In this document: positions 31,157 to 59,764 of the stretch, one piece after another
How the letters are laid out: the number at the start of each line of letters is the position of its first letter
How positions within the stretch are numbered: position 1 is the stretch's first letter
From: the human T2T-CHM13v2.0 reference genome, Homo sapiens
Assembly: GCF_009914755.1 (NCBI RefSeq)
Contig: NC_060927.1
Strand: one strand, 5' to 3'
Length of the DNA: 64,000 bases
Translations under genes and position numbers: made by a program
The notes under the pieces: model-generated
The model's database searches: none
Told to the model about the DNA's origin: nothing
The model's input: only the letters and a program-made list of their open reading frames with translations

Positions 31157-31457
31157 GGTGGAGCATGGTGGCTTATGGCTATAACCCTAGCACTTTTGGC
31201 AGCTGAGGCAGGCGGATTGCTTGAGACCAGGAGTTCCAGACCACCCTGAGCAACATGGCAAGACCCTCATCTCTACAAAAAATAAAGAAAAATTAGCTGG
31301 GCTTGGGGCACACACCTGTAGTCCCAGCTACTTGGAAGGCTGAGGTGGGAGGATCATCTGAGCCCAGGAGGTCAGAGCTGCAGTGAGCTGTGATCATGCC
31401 ACTGCGTTCCAGCCTGAGCGACAAAGTGAGACCCTGTCTCAAAATAAATAAATAAAT
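31157..31457 (+). mobile_element. AluJ-like
   Basis: Diverged dimer with J-type GAGCCCAGGAGGTC. Confidence 0.88.
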
Positions 31458-33438
31458 TTTTTTGAATTAAACATATTATTTACTATTTAGATCCTCTTTA
31501 CATTGTCTTATAATGTGAACAGTATATTGCCGTAGTAGTACATGTATATAACACATAAACAAATGAACAAAAATATATTGACAATATGTGCTGAAAAATA
31601 TTTTACTGATAGGGCATATAATTAAAGTATGGAGATCCACTAGAAACGTATATAAGAAATAAAGATGCAACAATGAGTACTGGGAAGAAGAGGTGAGAAA
31701 GACAGGGCATGGAGGACCAGGGATATTTGTATGTTGCCTTGTTTCTAAGATAGGAGAGCTTAAAGGTAAAGCTCTTAAACATTAACCTGCTTGTTAAAAA
31801 TGTAGATTCTAAACTTCACCCCTCTTCCATTTTGATTCAGCCAGCCTGGAATTATGTTCAGAAATTTGCGTGTGATTCCAGTGGAACAACCTTAAATGAA
31901 AACTGGCCTAAAACAAGGTTTAAATGCCACTAGGAAGATTCCCCAAGAAAAGAACAGGTCCAAGATGGGGCACTGTCCATGTGAGATTCCATGGTGAACA
32001 GAGGAGAAGGGATACAGGGAGAGAGGAGCAACTGGCCTTTATTAAGAGCAGACACATTGCCTCCATTACAGAAGAGATGGGTACAACAGCTGACAAAAGA
32101 AATGTAGAGTTGGTGATGACAAGTCTGGGGAATTCGCCATGGAAACAAATATGCTCCTTTACTAGGATTAGTATAGAAACAGAAAAAAAAAAAAAAGAAA
32201 TGTCTCCATTTTTATTTGAAAAAATTCATATTAAAATGAAGCACTTATAGTGTCTCATTTTATTTTTCTTAAATGCAGACTTTCATTTACCAAGAAGGTA
32301 AGAATTCATCCGGAGTATTTTTATTTTCAATTTAATTCTTTTCAATCTGGAAATTACCTCATTCATTGTAGTTTTAATGGCACTCAAAATATTTTAAACA
32401 ATAAAGTTTATATTCTTGCCTTATTTCTTTACATATTCATTGGCACAACTCTGAAAAAACTAAGTCATAAAAATAGAAAGTTGCTGATTACATGGTGATT
32501 ACAGCAGCTGGGTAACCATGTACTAATGCTACATAAGGCAGCAGTTAATTGAGAGACTAAAGTTACTTAGAGTACAAATGGAAGTTTAAAATGTGAAATC
32601 TGTTGGTTTTAGATCAAAGAGATTTTTCCTTCACTAATCATACTTCCAATTATTTTGATTTCTGATATGAGATATATTTAAGACTTCATAAGAAAAAAGT
32701 ACAATGTGTATAATTTTGTCAAATCGTGGTAATTAATCAATGGAAGTTAGATTAGCAAATTCACTTCTTTAGTTAAAAAAAAAAACACACACACACACAC
32801 ACACAACAAATCAAGGCTTGAGCCTACTTGCCCTCTCTTTAATTTTATGCAACCCTTTATTTTGAGGCTTTAAAATTTAGAACCTGTTTTTAGACATAAA
32901 AGTTTTGTTATTTTAAATATGTTTTAATCAACTTGTGACTTCAATAAACTTATTTAAAGAAAAACTTTTCTATTTATAAAGGTAATACATGTTGCTTCAA
33001 AAAATATTTCAGAAAATACTCAATAGTATAAATAATATGAAAGCACCCATAATTTCATCACTCAGAGTACATTATGGTTAAGATGTTTGTGTATGGCCTT
33101 CCAAACCTTTAAAAAAATGAACATATATATATATGTATGTGTGTGTGTATGTTTCTAATAAGAAAAATCAAAATATTACACATATACAGACAACATATGT
33201 TGTTTAATTTTGGAATTCTCAGTTTACCTTTTTTCCATATAATAATGTTATTCATGTCAAAACAGATCACATCTTCATTTTTAACATACGCTAAGTATGC
33301 TGATATAAGGACACAATGTAATCCCCTATCAGAGGGCATGCAAGTATTAACTTTTAAGAGTGGTAGGTTCATGAAAAAGAAAGTGGATGTTTAAATCTTA
33401 TGTTCAAATAGGTTTCTTCTCTTACAAAGCTAGCACAC

Positions 33439-33740
<302 letters not shown>

Positions 33741-34289
33741 AGCTCGCATACAGATCTAGACTAAGACTAAGAGGTTGCCTTATTGTTGGTTTATGAGATA
33801 AAATTAGTTTTAAAATTAACTAGTTCGTTTTATTATTTATCATTATCTGATAATATATGACTTTTATAATTTCAATGAAATAATCACAAATTATGATAAT
33901 TGGTTTAAATAAACACATACCCATATATAAACTGGCAGTAATTTCTAGAGTGATAAAGAGTTGATGAAAAGTTCCTAACAATTTCATATACATACTCAAA
34001 GTAGTCATGTGCTAAATAAAAGCATACATTTAGATTAGCTGAGTAAAAAGTACTAAATGTATATTTTAAGCATATTATACTTCAGAATCACATTTTCAAC
34101 CGAGATAAAGTTGTGAAGCTGGAAACATAATGCTTCTAACATTCTGAGGTACCATGTCATTGAAAAATTGTCCTTGCTGTTTTGAATCTGCTTTTGGAAG
34201 GCAATGGGTATAAAAATAAAGGATTATCAGAAAGTTACTTCCATTAGGAACACTAAACACTTAGCATGTACAACCAGCAAGTTTGAAAA

Positions 34290-34815
34290 TCAATTAAGTC
34301 ATCAGGCAAATGCAAATTAAAACCAAAATGAACTACTACTTAACAACCACTAAAATGGGTATACTAAAAAAGACAGTAACAATGGTTGGTGAGGATACTA
34401 AGAAACGGGAAGCCTCACATATTTCTGATGATAAAGTAAAATGGTACAATTTTGAAAAACAGCTTGGTAATTTCTTAAAAACATAAATATAAACTTACCA
34501 TACAACCCAGTGGTTCCACTCCTAGGAATCTACTCAAGAGAAATAAAAACATATGTCTACACAAAAATTTGTATGTGAATGTTCACAGCAGCATTATTCA
34601 TAATAGGCAAACATGGGAAACAACCCAAATGTCCATCAACTGATGAATGGAAACAATATGTGGTATATCCTTAAAATGGAATATTATTCAACAATAAAAA
34701 GGAACAAAATACTGATATATCCTGCAATACGAAGAACTTCAAAAATGTTACACAAAGAGCTAGAAACAAAAGATTACATACTATAATTCTATTAACATAA
34801 AATGTCCAGAAAAAG
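34290..34815 (+). mobile_element. Ancient L1M 3' fragment
   Basis: CAAATGTCCATCAACTGATGAATGG and AATGGAATATTATTCA motifs. Confidence 0.75.
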
Positions 34816-35491
34816 TAGCAAGATTAACTTTCTAACAATCACCACCACTATCATCATTTATTGAGTATCAATATATTCCAGTATTTTGTATCTTAAAAGC
34901 TTACTGGCAAACGTCAACATCAGTGACTATCATCTTAACTTATACATCGACATTTTACTTGATATAGTTTTAACCAAAAAAAAAAAAGTTATAAGTTCAC
35001 TAGGACTTATCTAGTTTATACACAGGTTAAATGCTTTAAAAAATATCTCTCTGGCTCCCTGACTTTGGTACATTTTAATTCTCAGTATCTCCACTCAAAA
35101 TGGGCAAGGTAGAAGAAAACTGTCAAATTCTGTAGTATAGCAACTAATGATGAAAGCATAATTAACAAAATACTTTAAAGAAATACATATATTCCAGTGA
35201 TCCACGAATAACCAAGAGTTGTCTATGAAAAACAAGATTCATTCTAATTTCTCTCAACTTCAACACAGAAGATATTTTGTGTGAAGGACTAGAGTAGTAA
35301 GAATTGATATACACTAGCCTACTAATAGCATACACCTTTGAGAAAATTTATTTTCTTCTACACTAGAATGTGTTTTGCCAACAGAATGACATTCTGTTTT
35401 TAGTGTAGTGTTTAGAGGCTTTCTGGTGACGGACAGGATTTTAAAGACCTGGAACTATATCTGAATTGTAAGATTAAGAACTTAAAAAAAG

Positions 35492-35970
<479 letters not shown>

Positions 35971-36862
35971 AAGAAGTTTAAACAAGATTAAGAAAATGTG
36001 AATGGCTTTCCTGAGCCAGGACACTAACAAAATACTACTTAGCCCAGGAAAGAGATATTTTGTAAAATAAAATGTTTGCAAGCTTTTTTGCAGATTGGTT
36101 AACTATGTGCATTTTAAACTATAATACTGCAATTAAAAAGATAAAGTAGGAAATCTTAAAAGATATATTCTAACACTGTAATTGGAAAACTCCTAAGAAA
36201 AGGTGTTAAAAACCAAGAAAGATGTTAAGTGAGCTTCTGTAACTGTACCAACCTTAACTGCAAAACTGATGAAGACCTAAGGTATTCAAAATGGAATGCA
36301 CATGATCTCAGGGAGGGGCATAAAAATCCATTGAGGTGCTTGTTAGACTTACAGAAATAACACAAGAATTTTTCTGACAGTAAAAACTTAGGAGAAGAAT
36401 ATGTAAGGACCTTGGTCAAAAGAGATTTTTGTAAACAGGATAATTTCCTATCAAATGGAATCATTTCAGTTTATCAAGAATGCCTGTAAGTTTGACTTTA
36501 GTTCTTCACAAGTATATATGGTGTATATTAATAATAAAATTTCACTAATTTGCTAGCATCCACTATCATTAAATTAATGCATTCTTAATTACCTTAAACC
36601 TAAAGAAGCTTTTTTATTGAATTAAGGTACTGATAATGGTTGTGCTGTTGGAAATAACCCCCACAGTGAAAGGCAGCAGGTACAATTTAGATCAGAAGTA
36701 TTAATGCAGTAGAGGAAATTTGACAATTTTTTAAAGAGCTGAAGAAATTTGGATGTTTTAGAGTTATAAGAACTAAGAACAAAATATGGGGCATAAATTC
36801 AGGAATAAATCATAACACATTCCAAAGCTTTTGCTGTTTCAACACTTTGAAAGAAACAGTTA

Positions 36863-37147
<285 letters not shown>

Positions 37148-37998
37148 TTAAAAAAAATGTGAACCTTTGCTTTATGCAGTCATTCTTTTGTGCACACACA
37201 CACAGAAACGTATAATGAAACCAATAATATAGAATGCATGTTTCTAAAATCATACTGTTTTCTTACCATTATGGTTCTTTTTAAATACAGCCTAAGGTAA
37301 ATAATGCCTAAACATAAACCAGAAAATTAAAAAAAAAATTATCTCCTTTTTGGCATTTAATCCTTAGCCTATTTAATGTGGTTCAAAGGACTTTCAGGAA
37401 AAAATATTTGATCTTCTAGAAACAATAAGTCAGAAGGCCTCATAAGGGTTGCAAAAATGCATATTCCTATCCTCTCTGCAATAGTATATGATACTACTAT
37501 TCTCTATGAAATTCCCTATGAAATAATAATGACAGTAGAGATACAGCCACACAAAAGAATCCAGGGTCACATAAAACCAACAAGAAGTTATCTAACAACC
37601 TTTGAATCTTGTTAATCTGAGTCTTTAAAGAATAGCTACATGATTAGAAGCCTGTGTATGGGGTCAACTAATTTTTCCACGATAACGAAAAGTACACCCT
37701 GATAGTCAATCCAAAACTATGGATGGTTAACAGTAATAGGAAGGTAATCCGAACAAAACAAAAGAAATAAAAATCATGCATTTCAGTAGTGACTCATTTA
37801 AAGAATACCTATAAATATACTAAGAATGCTTTAAAATAAAATGCTACAACAAATTCTATAATGTAAAACAGTAAATTACTCAAAACAAGAAAAAAGGTGA
37901 AATGAAATGACAATGTATTTGATCAAATTTCCAGGTATTGAAAAGAAACAATGTTAAAAACAGTAATTTCTCCAACTGCAAACAAGATAAAAAGTTGC

Positions 37999-48812
<10,814 letters not shown>

Positions 48813-49926
48813 TTAAAAAGTCCACCAACTTTCTTTTTGGTGGTAGAGTTCAAGTCCTGAGGTGTGATGTCTAAAGCCGAACAGAAACTTTAAGTATAAA
48901 TTAGTCATATCAAAACCTGTTAATCTTTTCTGAAACTGTGACTCCATTTGCATCAAATACTTCTGCAAGTCTCAGTGTGGCCTGTTATTTGGCACTGCAG
49001 TGACCAACACTGGTTTGCCTGAGACCGAGGGGTTTTCTGGGATGTGGGACTTTCATTGCTAAAACCAGGACAGTACTGAGCAAACTGGAATGGCTGGCTA
49101 CCCTACTTGGCACTCAAATATTTGCTGAATGAAAGACAAATCTAATTCTATCGAATATGTGACACTTCGACATGAGAAATGGGTAGAGTCTTCCGTTGTC
49201 ATTTACTCAATTTTCCCAACCAATTTGAATCTTGAAAATTGGCATTTCCTTGAACAAGGAATTTTAAATTCTTTATGTTCGGATACCTTTGTATCATCTA
49301 TAATCAGATGACACCATAATTTATATCCCCTGCCTAATCTCTCCTTTGGGGTTGTAAACTCATATAGCCAACTGCTTACTTGGCTTCTCTACTTGAATAT
49401 TTAACAGCAAATTGGTCACAATTGTCCAAAGACAGGTGTTAGTTTCTCCCCTAAAACCTGCTACTCTCCAAGGCTTCTCTATCTCAATTAATGATACTCC
49501 CATCCAATTAGTTGCTTAAACCAAAACATAGGTAAGTCCCCGATTCCTTCCTTTCCCTTATATCTTACATCTAAATCACCAGTAAGTCCTGTTGATTCTG
49601 TCACAAAAAGAAATCCTGGATCCATCTACTTCTCTCCATCTCCACCATCAGTACTTAATTCAACAAATCTTTATTGAGTACCTAACATTTGTAATGCACC
49701 AGCATTATTCCAGGAGCTAGCAACACAGGGAACAGAAATGACAAAAAACCCTGCCTTCATGGACTTTATACAAACCACTACCATTTCTTATTTAGACTAA
49801 TGTAATAAGCTTTCTAACCGGTCTCCCTGCTTCATCCCTTGTCCCCATCCCACCACCTCCAGGAATTCTCTTTACAGCAAGCTAGAATAATCTTCAAAAA
49901 TATTTTTCCCTACTTAAAACTTTCCA

Positions 49927-50233
49927 GGCTGGGCACGGCGGCTCACGCCTGTAATCCCAATACTTTGGGAGGCCAAGGCGGGCGGATCGCCTGAGGTCAA
50001 GAGTTCGAGACCAACCTGACCAACATGGAGAAATCCCATCTCTACTAAAAATACAAAATTAGCCAGGCGTGCTGTCGTATGCCTTTAATCCCAGCTACTC
50101 AGGAGGCTGAGGCAGGAGAATCGCTTGAATCCAGGAGGCGAAGGTTGTGGTAAGCCGAGATTGCATCACCGCACTCCAGCCTGGGCAACAAGAGCGAAAC
50201 TCCATCTCAAAAAAAAAAAAAAAAAAAAAAAAA
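49927..50233 (+). mobile_element. AluSp-like
   Basis: Full dimer with long A tail. Confidence 0.92.
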
Positions 50234-51322
50234 TTCCCAGTGGCTTCTCATCTCACTTAAAATAAAGTCTAAGTCTTTTGCCACATTCCTCAAGACCCCA
50301 TGTGTCCTGGTCTCTGCCTCCCTATGCAGCTTATTTCTGTTTCACGGTTACTTCTGCTGGAAATCCTTTACACACATTAATCCTTCTGCCTGAAACACTC
50401 TTACCTGAGAGTTTCAGGTACCTGAGATGTTTCAAGTCACAGCTCAAATGTCATCTCCTCAGAGAGGACTTCCCTGACCACTGCCTGCCATGCAAAGTAC
50501 TTTTTATTCTATTACCTGGTCTTATTTTCTTCTTTGCACTCATCTTGTTTTCACATCTACTGGCTGTTTAACCTACTAGAATGTAAGCTCTATGTGAGGT
50601 GGGATTATATCTACTACTTTGTTCACTACTGTTACTTCAGGGCCTGAAATGGAACCTGGGGAGGGAAGCAGAGAGGCATGAAGAAAAGTGAATCTTACAT
50701 AGCAGCTCAGCATATCTCTTTAACAACTTCTACAATTGCCTATTCTGACGACCACTGACTATTGAGTCTCTGTAACTTGTTCAAGTTCTTTCAATGCTCT
50801 ACAAAGGAGAACTAGTTAAGGATATAAACATAAAGAAAATTCAGAATCTTAATAACTACTTTCGATGTGTCATAAAATTAAACTACACCACAAGATTCCA
50901 AAAGATAACACCAAAATATTCATTTGAAGTAAAAACAAAAAAAAATACTGAAACTCCTCTCCTGTCACAGAAGAAACCCCTTCTGTGTGGCAGCTCAACT
51001 CAGTTTTTCTGTTTACTTCAGACTCTTTTCATTTCCTACTACAGACAGGTAGCTAGACTCTATTAGTATTCATGTGTGCTCACAAATCAGGTTTTAGCTA
51101 AAAGCCTAAAGTGAACCACATTTGGTCCTTGGGTTGCATGTATGACCCTTATTTTAAAGAACTGAGACTCGTAAGAATTTCTCTGTGGAGCGTTGTTACA
51201 TTTTACTGAAATTTTAAACTATACTTGTTGTGATTTTTAAATGTCCAATCAATGAAGAAATAACTACTTCTACTGATTCCCAAAATGATAAATTAAAAAA
51301 CATTATCTTATTCAAACAATTA

Positions 51323-51556
<234 letters not shown>

Positions 51557-51684
51557 TCAAAGACTTTACTTTCAACAAACATGACCTAGGTATACCTTTA
51601 TAGTCACCTGATTTTCTTTCTTCCCTAAACCAATGGTTGTTTTTACTATAAGTAAAAACAGTAAATTACATTCTGTGCTGTTAA

Positions 51685-52049
<365 letters not shown>

Positions 52050-53434
52050 CAAGACATATTCTTGACACAGACAGTATGGCAATAAAAGGAAGACATAAAT
52101 TTCTTTTACCATAATTAAGATTTTGAATAGTACACTTGGGACAAGTAACCAGCACATGAAAAGTTTTGGTTTGAGATTTTTAATTACTTTGATAAATCAG
52201 AATTGTTTAAAAAAAATTAAAAGAATGTAAGGTTAAGCTAATCATAGTATTATATTCAAAAGACCCTCAGAACATAGTTTAGGATGATAAGTTTCATACC
52301 TGACACCAACTGCCTTAAAGTGATAGTGACTTCTTTAAGTACTATGTTAAGGAGGATTCTGAGGCAGTATCTGGGATCCATAGGAAGATGTACTTCCATA
52401 AGAAGCCACCTGCCCTGGGGTATGATATGGTGAGTAGGCAAATGCTAGCAAATGACTTATCAACTTTGTCCTATCTACACATGTTCTCTAGGTATTCTGA
52501 CGTAAAAACAAAACCAAAAACCAAATATTTTAATTTTATAAGTTTTAACAAATTTTGCATTTGTTTTTCACCAGTCAATTGCCTATTGGCCAAAGTGTCA
52601 TAAATACTAAATGAATGTTTTTAAACTTTTCCCTAATTTCAAAAATCATGTTTATTACAGAATATTCAGAGACAAATGCTCTATTTTTTTTGCTATTCAA
52701 AATGTCCACAGATTGGTGCTAATCTACAAATTATTTGTTACCCATACACAAGTAGTACAGAAATTTTTTCTTTGTTTGTTTACAAGTGCATAAAAATGAA
52801 GCAAGAAGTAGAGAAATTGAATGTTCGGTATACAGCAATTTGATATTGCCATGAAATTTTCAGTGTATTTTACAAAAGTTATAGGTCCATAAGGGATTGG
52901 AAATTAAAACAAAAACATTGTTCTTTACTATATGTAATTTGAGAATCACAGATGGTTGTGAAATACAAAAAAAATTTTATTCTCAACTCTTTATTCTGTG
53001 TATTAGATTAGGGTTTCTCAGTCTCAGCACCATTAACATGTGGGGCCTTTTCTCAGTGGAGTTTCCTTGTGCATTGCAGAACATTCGCATTCCTGGCTTC
53101 CATGCTACACTGTCTCACAAGTGAGCCTCTCTTTCTTATCACTTAAGAAAACTGAACTATAAAATAATCCTACATTTATCAAAGCTAGTTTTCGATAAAT
53201 GGGGCATCTTTTCCTGACACTCAATGTATTTCACAGGGTGATAAACATGTCAGTACCACCAGGATGATATATCCTACTGGTTCAAAACTGCTTGAGCTAT
53301 TTTAATCTACTCTTTTCCTCACAGCTTTCAGATCTCTACATGCTGGGTCTTTCTCTGGGCTAATTTTCTAGTTTCTTCCTGCTTTCACAATTGTTTAAAA
53401 ATTCTTATAAAATACACATCAGTTCTCATATAGT

Positions 53435-54060
53435 TTTTGTTTTGTTTTTTAAAAAACAAAGTGTTGCTCTGTCACCCCGGCTAGAGTGCAATGACGCCAT
53501 CAAAGCTCATTGCTGCTTAGAACTCCTGGGCTCAACAATCCTCTGCCTCAGCCTCTGAAGTAGCTAGGACTACAGGTGAGCCACCACGCCTGGCTATTTT
53601 TTTTTTTTATTAAGAGATGGGGTCTCACTGTGTTGCCCCGGCTGCAATCCTTCTACCTGGGGTGTCCTAAAGCCCTGGTACTACAGGTTGGAGCCACTTC
53701 GACTGGCCTTTGTTATTTTGATATATGTTGTTACCATTTAACTATTGATATACAATATAGATTTTCCTCTTTAGTTTCTAGTGAGCATTTTTTTTTTCTT
53801 TTTTGAGAAAGGTCTCACTTCGCCATCAAAGCTAGAATGCAGTGGCATGATTATGGGCTCAAGCCATCCTCCCACCTCTGCCCTCCAAGTAGCTGGGACT
53901 ACAGGTGTCTGCCACCATGCTTGGCTAATTTTTTAATTTTTTTGTAGAGACGGGGTTTAGCCATGTTGCCCAGGCTGGTCTCAAACTCCTAAGCTCAAGC
54001 AATCCGCCCACCTTGGCCTCCCACAGTGCTGGGGTTACAGGTGTGAGCCACCGTGCCCAG
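53435..54060 (-). mobile_element. Two diverged AluJ-like copies (about 53435-53708 and 53789-54060)
   Basis: CTCCTGGGCTCAA J-type motifs with internal deletions. Confidence 0.8.
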
Positions 54061-55929
54061 TGAGCAATTTTATTTTTATATCATCTCTGGACCTCACATT
54101 AATCTATTTTTCTCAGTAAAAGTATACTGCAAACAGGCTCCAGCAATGACAGTCACATCCAGTTCCTCAAATTCTTTTTCTTATTAAGTATGTTGAGTAA
54201 ACTGACCGTGGTTTTGTGTATAGACTGATACCAAAGGCCTGACCCTAAAGCCCTCAAAGACTTAGAGGGCTGTAGGGACATTAGACTTCAAACCCATCAT
54301 ATCCTCTTTCCTATCCTTGGAAAAGCAACGCACAAAGACTTTCTTAAACTCTTAATTTCTCAGCATTATTCCAGTGTGTCCACTATCCTTTGCGCTCATT
54401 GTCACACCCCTCATCTTTCAGAATCTTGAAGCTGTGAGGCGGAGGTTGCAGTGAGTCAAGATCGCGCCACTGCACTCCAGCCTCATCAACAAGAGCAAAC
54501 TCCGTCTCAAAAACGAAAATCAGCAACGAGCCATTAGTAAACATTCATAATGAAGATTATGATGCTAAATGTCATTATTTGCATGCAAAGGTTTCCCCCT
54601 CATACTAAACCTCAGCATTTTGGGTTTCACTAGATTTAAAGCAGAAGTGAGGCTTCATTACAAGGCCACCTCTCTTTTCTGACTAGTGGGGTTTTAAATA
54701 GCCTGGTGGCTTTCCAGGTGGTAAGTCTCAGCTAATGGGCTCTGGAGAACCCAGCCTATCAGTTCATTTATGGAGTCCCTTGGCATCCTTGTACTGTGAA
54801 GAGCTGTAAGGCCTCAAAGAGTAAAAAAGGTGAGTTGAGAAGGTGTCACAGAGCACGAAGTTGGTCCCCACACAGGTCACAATTATGTAGCTGTGAACAG
54901 GCCACATGTTGCATCTTTCATAGCATCTGCCACAAAATAAGGGCTCAATATATTTTCCCTTCAATTTACTTTAAAAATCATTACCATTGCCTAAATGAAA
55001 TATTACTGACATGGATTTTAAAAACTGCACATGTAACTAATGTCTAAAATTGGGTCACGTGAAACCTATAACCTTGAAACTGAGAATTTCCTTTTAGACT
55101 TCATGACAATATACCAAACACTTAATGCACCAGGGGCTGAGGGGAACAGAGAACCTAATTAATCACGGTGACCTGATAAATGAGGTAACACCCCTAAAGC
55201 AAGTGGCTCTCCTTTAACCTCAGTTCCATTTCCCTACCCCCCCACACCATGTCCCTTCAGATCATTTGATCTGAAGAGTTGAGGTGGGTACTTATTCAAA
55301 ATGAATAATCAAACTTGCCTCCCAATTCCCAAAATCTACAAGGTCCCTTAGACCTCTAGAAGTGCAATTTTGCTGACAGGAGAATGAAGGAAATTACTCT
55401 CATCCAAGGCGATTACCTCCACGAATTCTTAAAGGGTTATGTTACATAGTAGAATCCAGGTATTAATATAAAAACTGTAACTTCAAAATACTATAATGTT
55501 TCAATCAACAAAAGTGGGCAGAAAAAAAATTAAAAATTTTAAAACCCACCACTTCAGAAGCATTATGCTTTAGTACTCGGATAGTCTCAACATGGGAAGA
55601 AAACATCACTTTGTCAGTGAGTAACTTCTGATAAGTATGTGGAAATGTAAGCCACTCCGCTCGAAAAATGCACGCAGGGGGAATGACACGCGCGGTGCGG
55701 TTACCGTTGTGTCCCGATATCTGAGGCCGTTAAACGACGAGAAGAGCGGCAGTGTCTGAAGCACGCCTTCCTACCTCTCCTCCGCCCGGCCCCGCTTCCG
55801 GGACTCCAGTTCACCCGCAGCACCCTGACTGCAGGTGCCAAGTCACAACTGCAAAGAAACTTCCTTTTCTCGAGCGGGGGTGGGACTTGGCCGGGTCCCG
55901 AGGCCCCTGGCCGGCGGGCTCGGACGTTA

Positions 55930-56280
<351 letters not shown>

Positions 56281-56292
56281 CTACCGCAGCCA

Positions 56293-56375
56293 CCGGCAGG
56301 GGCGGGGTCCTCGGCCGGCAGGGGCGGGGTCCTCGGCCGGCAGGGGCGGGGTCTTCGGCCGGCAGGGGCGGGGTC
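56293..56375. repeat. 22-bp tandem repeat CCGGCAGGGGCGGGGTCCTCGG, about 3.8 copies
   Basis: Units start at 56293, 56315, 56337 (one mismatch) and 56359 (partial). Confidence 0.93.
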
Positions 56376-58233
56376 GGGGGCCTGGGGCGGGGTCGGGGAC
56401 CGGGGCCAGGAGCGGGGGAGCTCGGCTGGGAGCTACGGCTGCCCCTTCGCGGGGGGCAAGGGGCTGTTCGGAAGAAGGTGGGGGGCCTCGGCCGGCAGGG
56501 GCGAGGTGCTTCGACCCAGAGTTGGGGCCTGGTCGTACAGGTTGGGAAGGGGTTCCGCAGGGAGAGGCGGGGCCTGGGCTCCGGGGCTGAGGGGTGTGGG
56601 CCTGGAGGAGGGGGATGTCGAGTCCTTTAGGACGGAGGAGCTCGGCTGGAGGGGAGGCCGGCTTTGGTCTAGAGGTATCGGGCGAATGGTGCTGGCACGT
56701 GCCTCTCAGAAACCCGGATCCCTTTGCGCTCCGGGGCCAGCCTAATTGATCCAGCTATTAAGGTGGAGAAACCGCATGTACCTCCCTCCTTTCCCCACAA
56801 ATAAAACCACCTTAGAGCCTTCTCTTCGCAGATTGTCAGGACGTTCTACATAGATGTGGATGAAAGACTACAGAAGGAAGGAGCAACAAACGTCAAAAAC
56901 AAAACCATGGCTATAAACTCTGCTGGGTTTGTTATATGGATTCTTTTCAGAATTTGGCTAATGACTGAAAATCTAAGTTCCAGCTCAACTAGTATATGAT
57001 TCCTCTGTAAGGAAGTGTATTTTTAAACCATAGGTTGCGACATAATAATGGGTTGTGGATTCGGTTTACCGCGTGGTGACCAGCGTAAAACACATGCATA
57101 ATAATTACGCAATATTATAGAATGTCGGGGGCGGGAAGGGAATAAAAATTTGCATCCCACACAGTAAGGGTAAGTAATATTTTGTGACTTGTTTTTTAGG
57201 TAGATCATGTGATCAAGGTCTTTTATTCCTCTTAGAAGATGCATCCCTTACTACTTTAATCCAGTCTCTTCCCCACCATGTTCTTGAAAGTGTACTTTAC
57301 CAGTGGCTTCCTTCTTTGCAGAAATTCCTTTTCAACCTCACGAAGTATTTTTCTTGACTTTATTTCTTAAGATAAGTGATTTGCCTGAATAACCTCTTTT
57401 AAATTTCTTGATGTTTCATCTGTTTACTTTTAAGAATTGAAATTTTCTTCCAGAATCTCCGAACAAGACCCTAAGCTATGACATCCAGTTCAATGACTAT
57501 TCGTCTCCCAAATATACGTACGCTTTTAATAAATATGTAAATCTTTGGACCACCTTCCAAGTATGGTGTGTTCAACAGATAGTAGTATGTTACTACCGTC
57601 TGTAACTAAAATTTTCAGGGGCTTAACACAAGAGTAATTTCTTTCTGGCTCATATAACACTTTAATAATGCAGGTGTCATAATGTCAGTGGACCCAGTCT
57701 CCTTCCATACCTTAGAACAGGGGTCAAGAAACATTTTCTGTAAAGGGCCACATAGTGTTTTAGGCTTTGTGAGCCATAAGGTCTGTCTCAACTATTTAAC
57801 TCTGCCTCTGCAGCTGTTGCTCCACAGACAATACTTGAAAATAAATGGGCATGGTTATGTTCTAGTGAAATTTTATTTACAAATCCAGGCAGCCTGCTTG
57901 GACAAAAAAAAAAAAAAAAAAAAAAAGTCACACCTACTTTTAACCACATGAGCCCAGAAATGACACACAGCATTTTCTCTACCATATCATTACTAAGAAT
58001 GAGGCCTCATCAAGATAAAAGGGGGTATTTCAGTAAGGCCAGATTTACAAAAAATAAAAAAAAAATTTAAAAACACATAAAAAGATAAAAGGGGAGAGTC
58101 TGGGAAATGTAGTCTCGTCCAACTACACAATGGATTGGGGGCTTGGGTCTGGAGATATAGCTATCACAAACTTTATTCCTCTTAATTTGGGTTTCTTTTT
58201 CCATTGATACATTTATTTATCCTTTACTAATTA

Positions 58234-59100
<867 letters not shown>

Positions 59101-59764
59101 GAATAGCGCCATGATATGTCAACTCTAAAAATGATGTTTTTAATAAAGGTGAAATCCTGGGGAAAAAAAAAATCTTTATTTTGGAACAAAAATAAATAAA
59201 TAAAAGAACAAGAATTTCAATGCTGATTTAGTACCCATTCTTTGGTTGTTTGAAACAACGATGGGTATAAAAGTTAGGGTAGCTTATTCAGCTTTTCTAA
59301 AGGAAATGGAAGAATTAGAATATCTCCAACTTGACTGAAGTGGGGGAAGCAGCCAGGAAAATGAGAGACCAAGTCCCTTTATATAATGGATTCCCTTAAT
59401 AGCTTTATAAATGGCAATATTCAAAAGAGATTACAGTTACTCAAGAACTTTAACAGAAGTGTTGCTAAAGAGTTATTTGGAAGGACTTAAATTTCAGATG
59501 ATTTTTTTAAAATGGTGATTTCCATGATTTTATGGACTGTACATTGTTATCACAATATTAATGCTATGGCATTGGTTTTCGCAAAAGTCATTTGGTGAGA
59601 AATGCACAAAAAGTGCATGTGTACTATCAAATGTAAGGATAAATGTTGATTTATTCATTCCATAATTCATTCATTCATCATGTATTTATGAAGTGACTAC
59701 TAGTTGCTCAGCACTGTGAAGGAGACAAGTATGGTCCCTACTTTCATAGAAGTCATAAGTTTAG

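Noticed and set aside
58095-58116. ZNF143-like ACTACATTTCCCAG motif
   Set aside because: It appears to be part of an old MLT1-type LTR end and is about 1.8 kb from the nearest promoter; no other support
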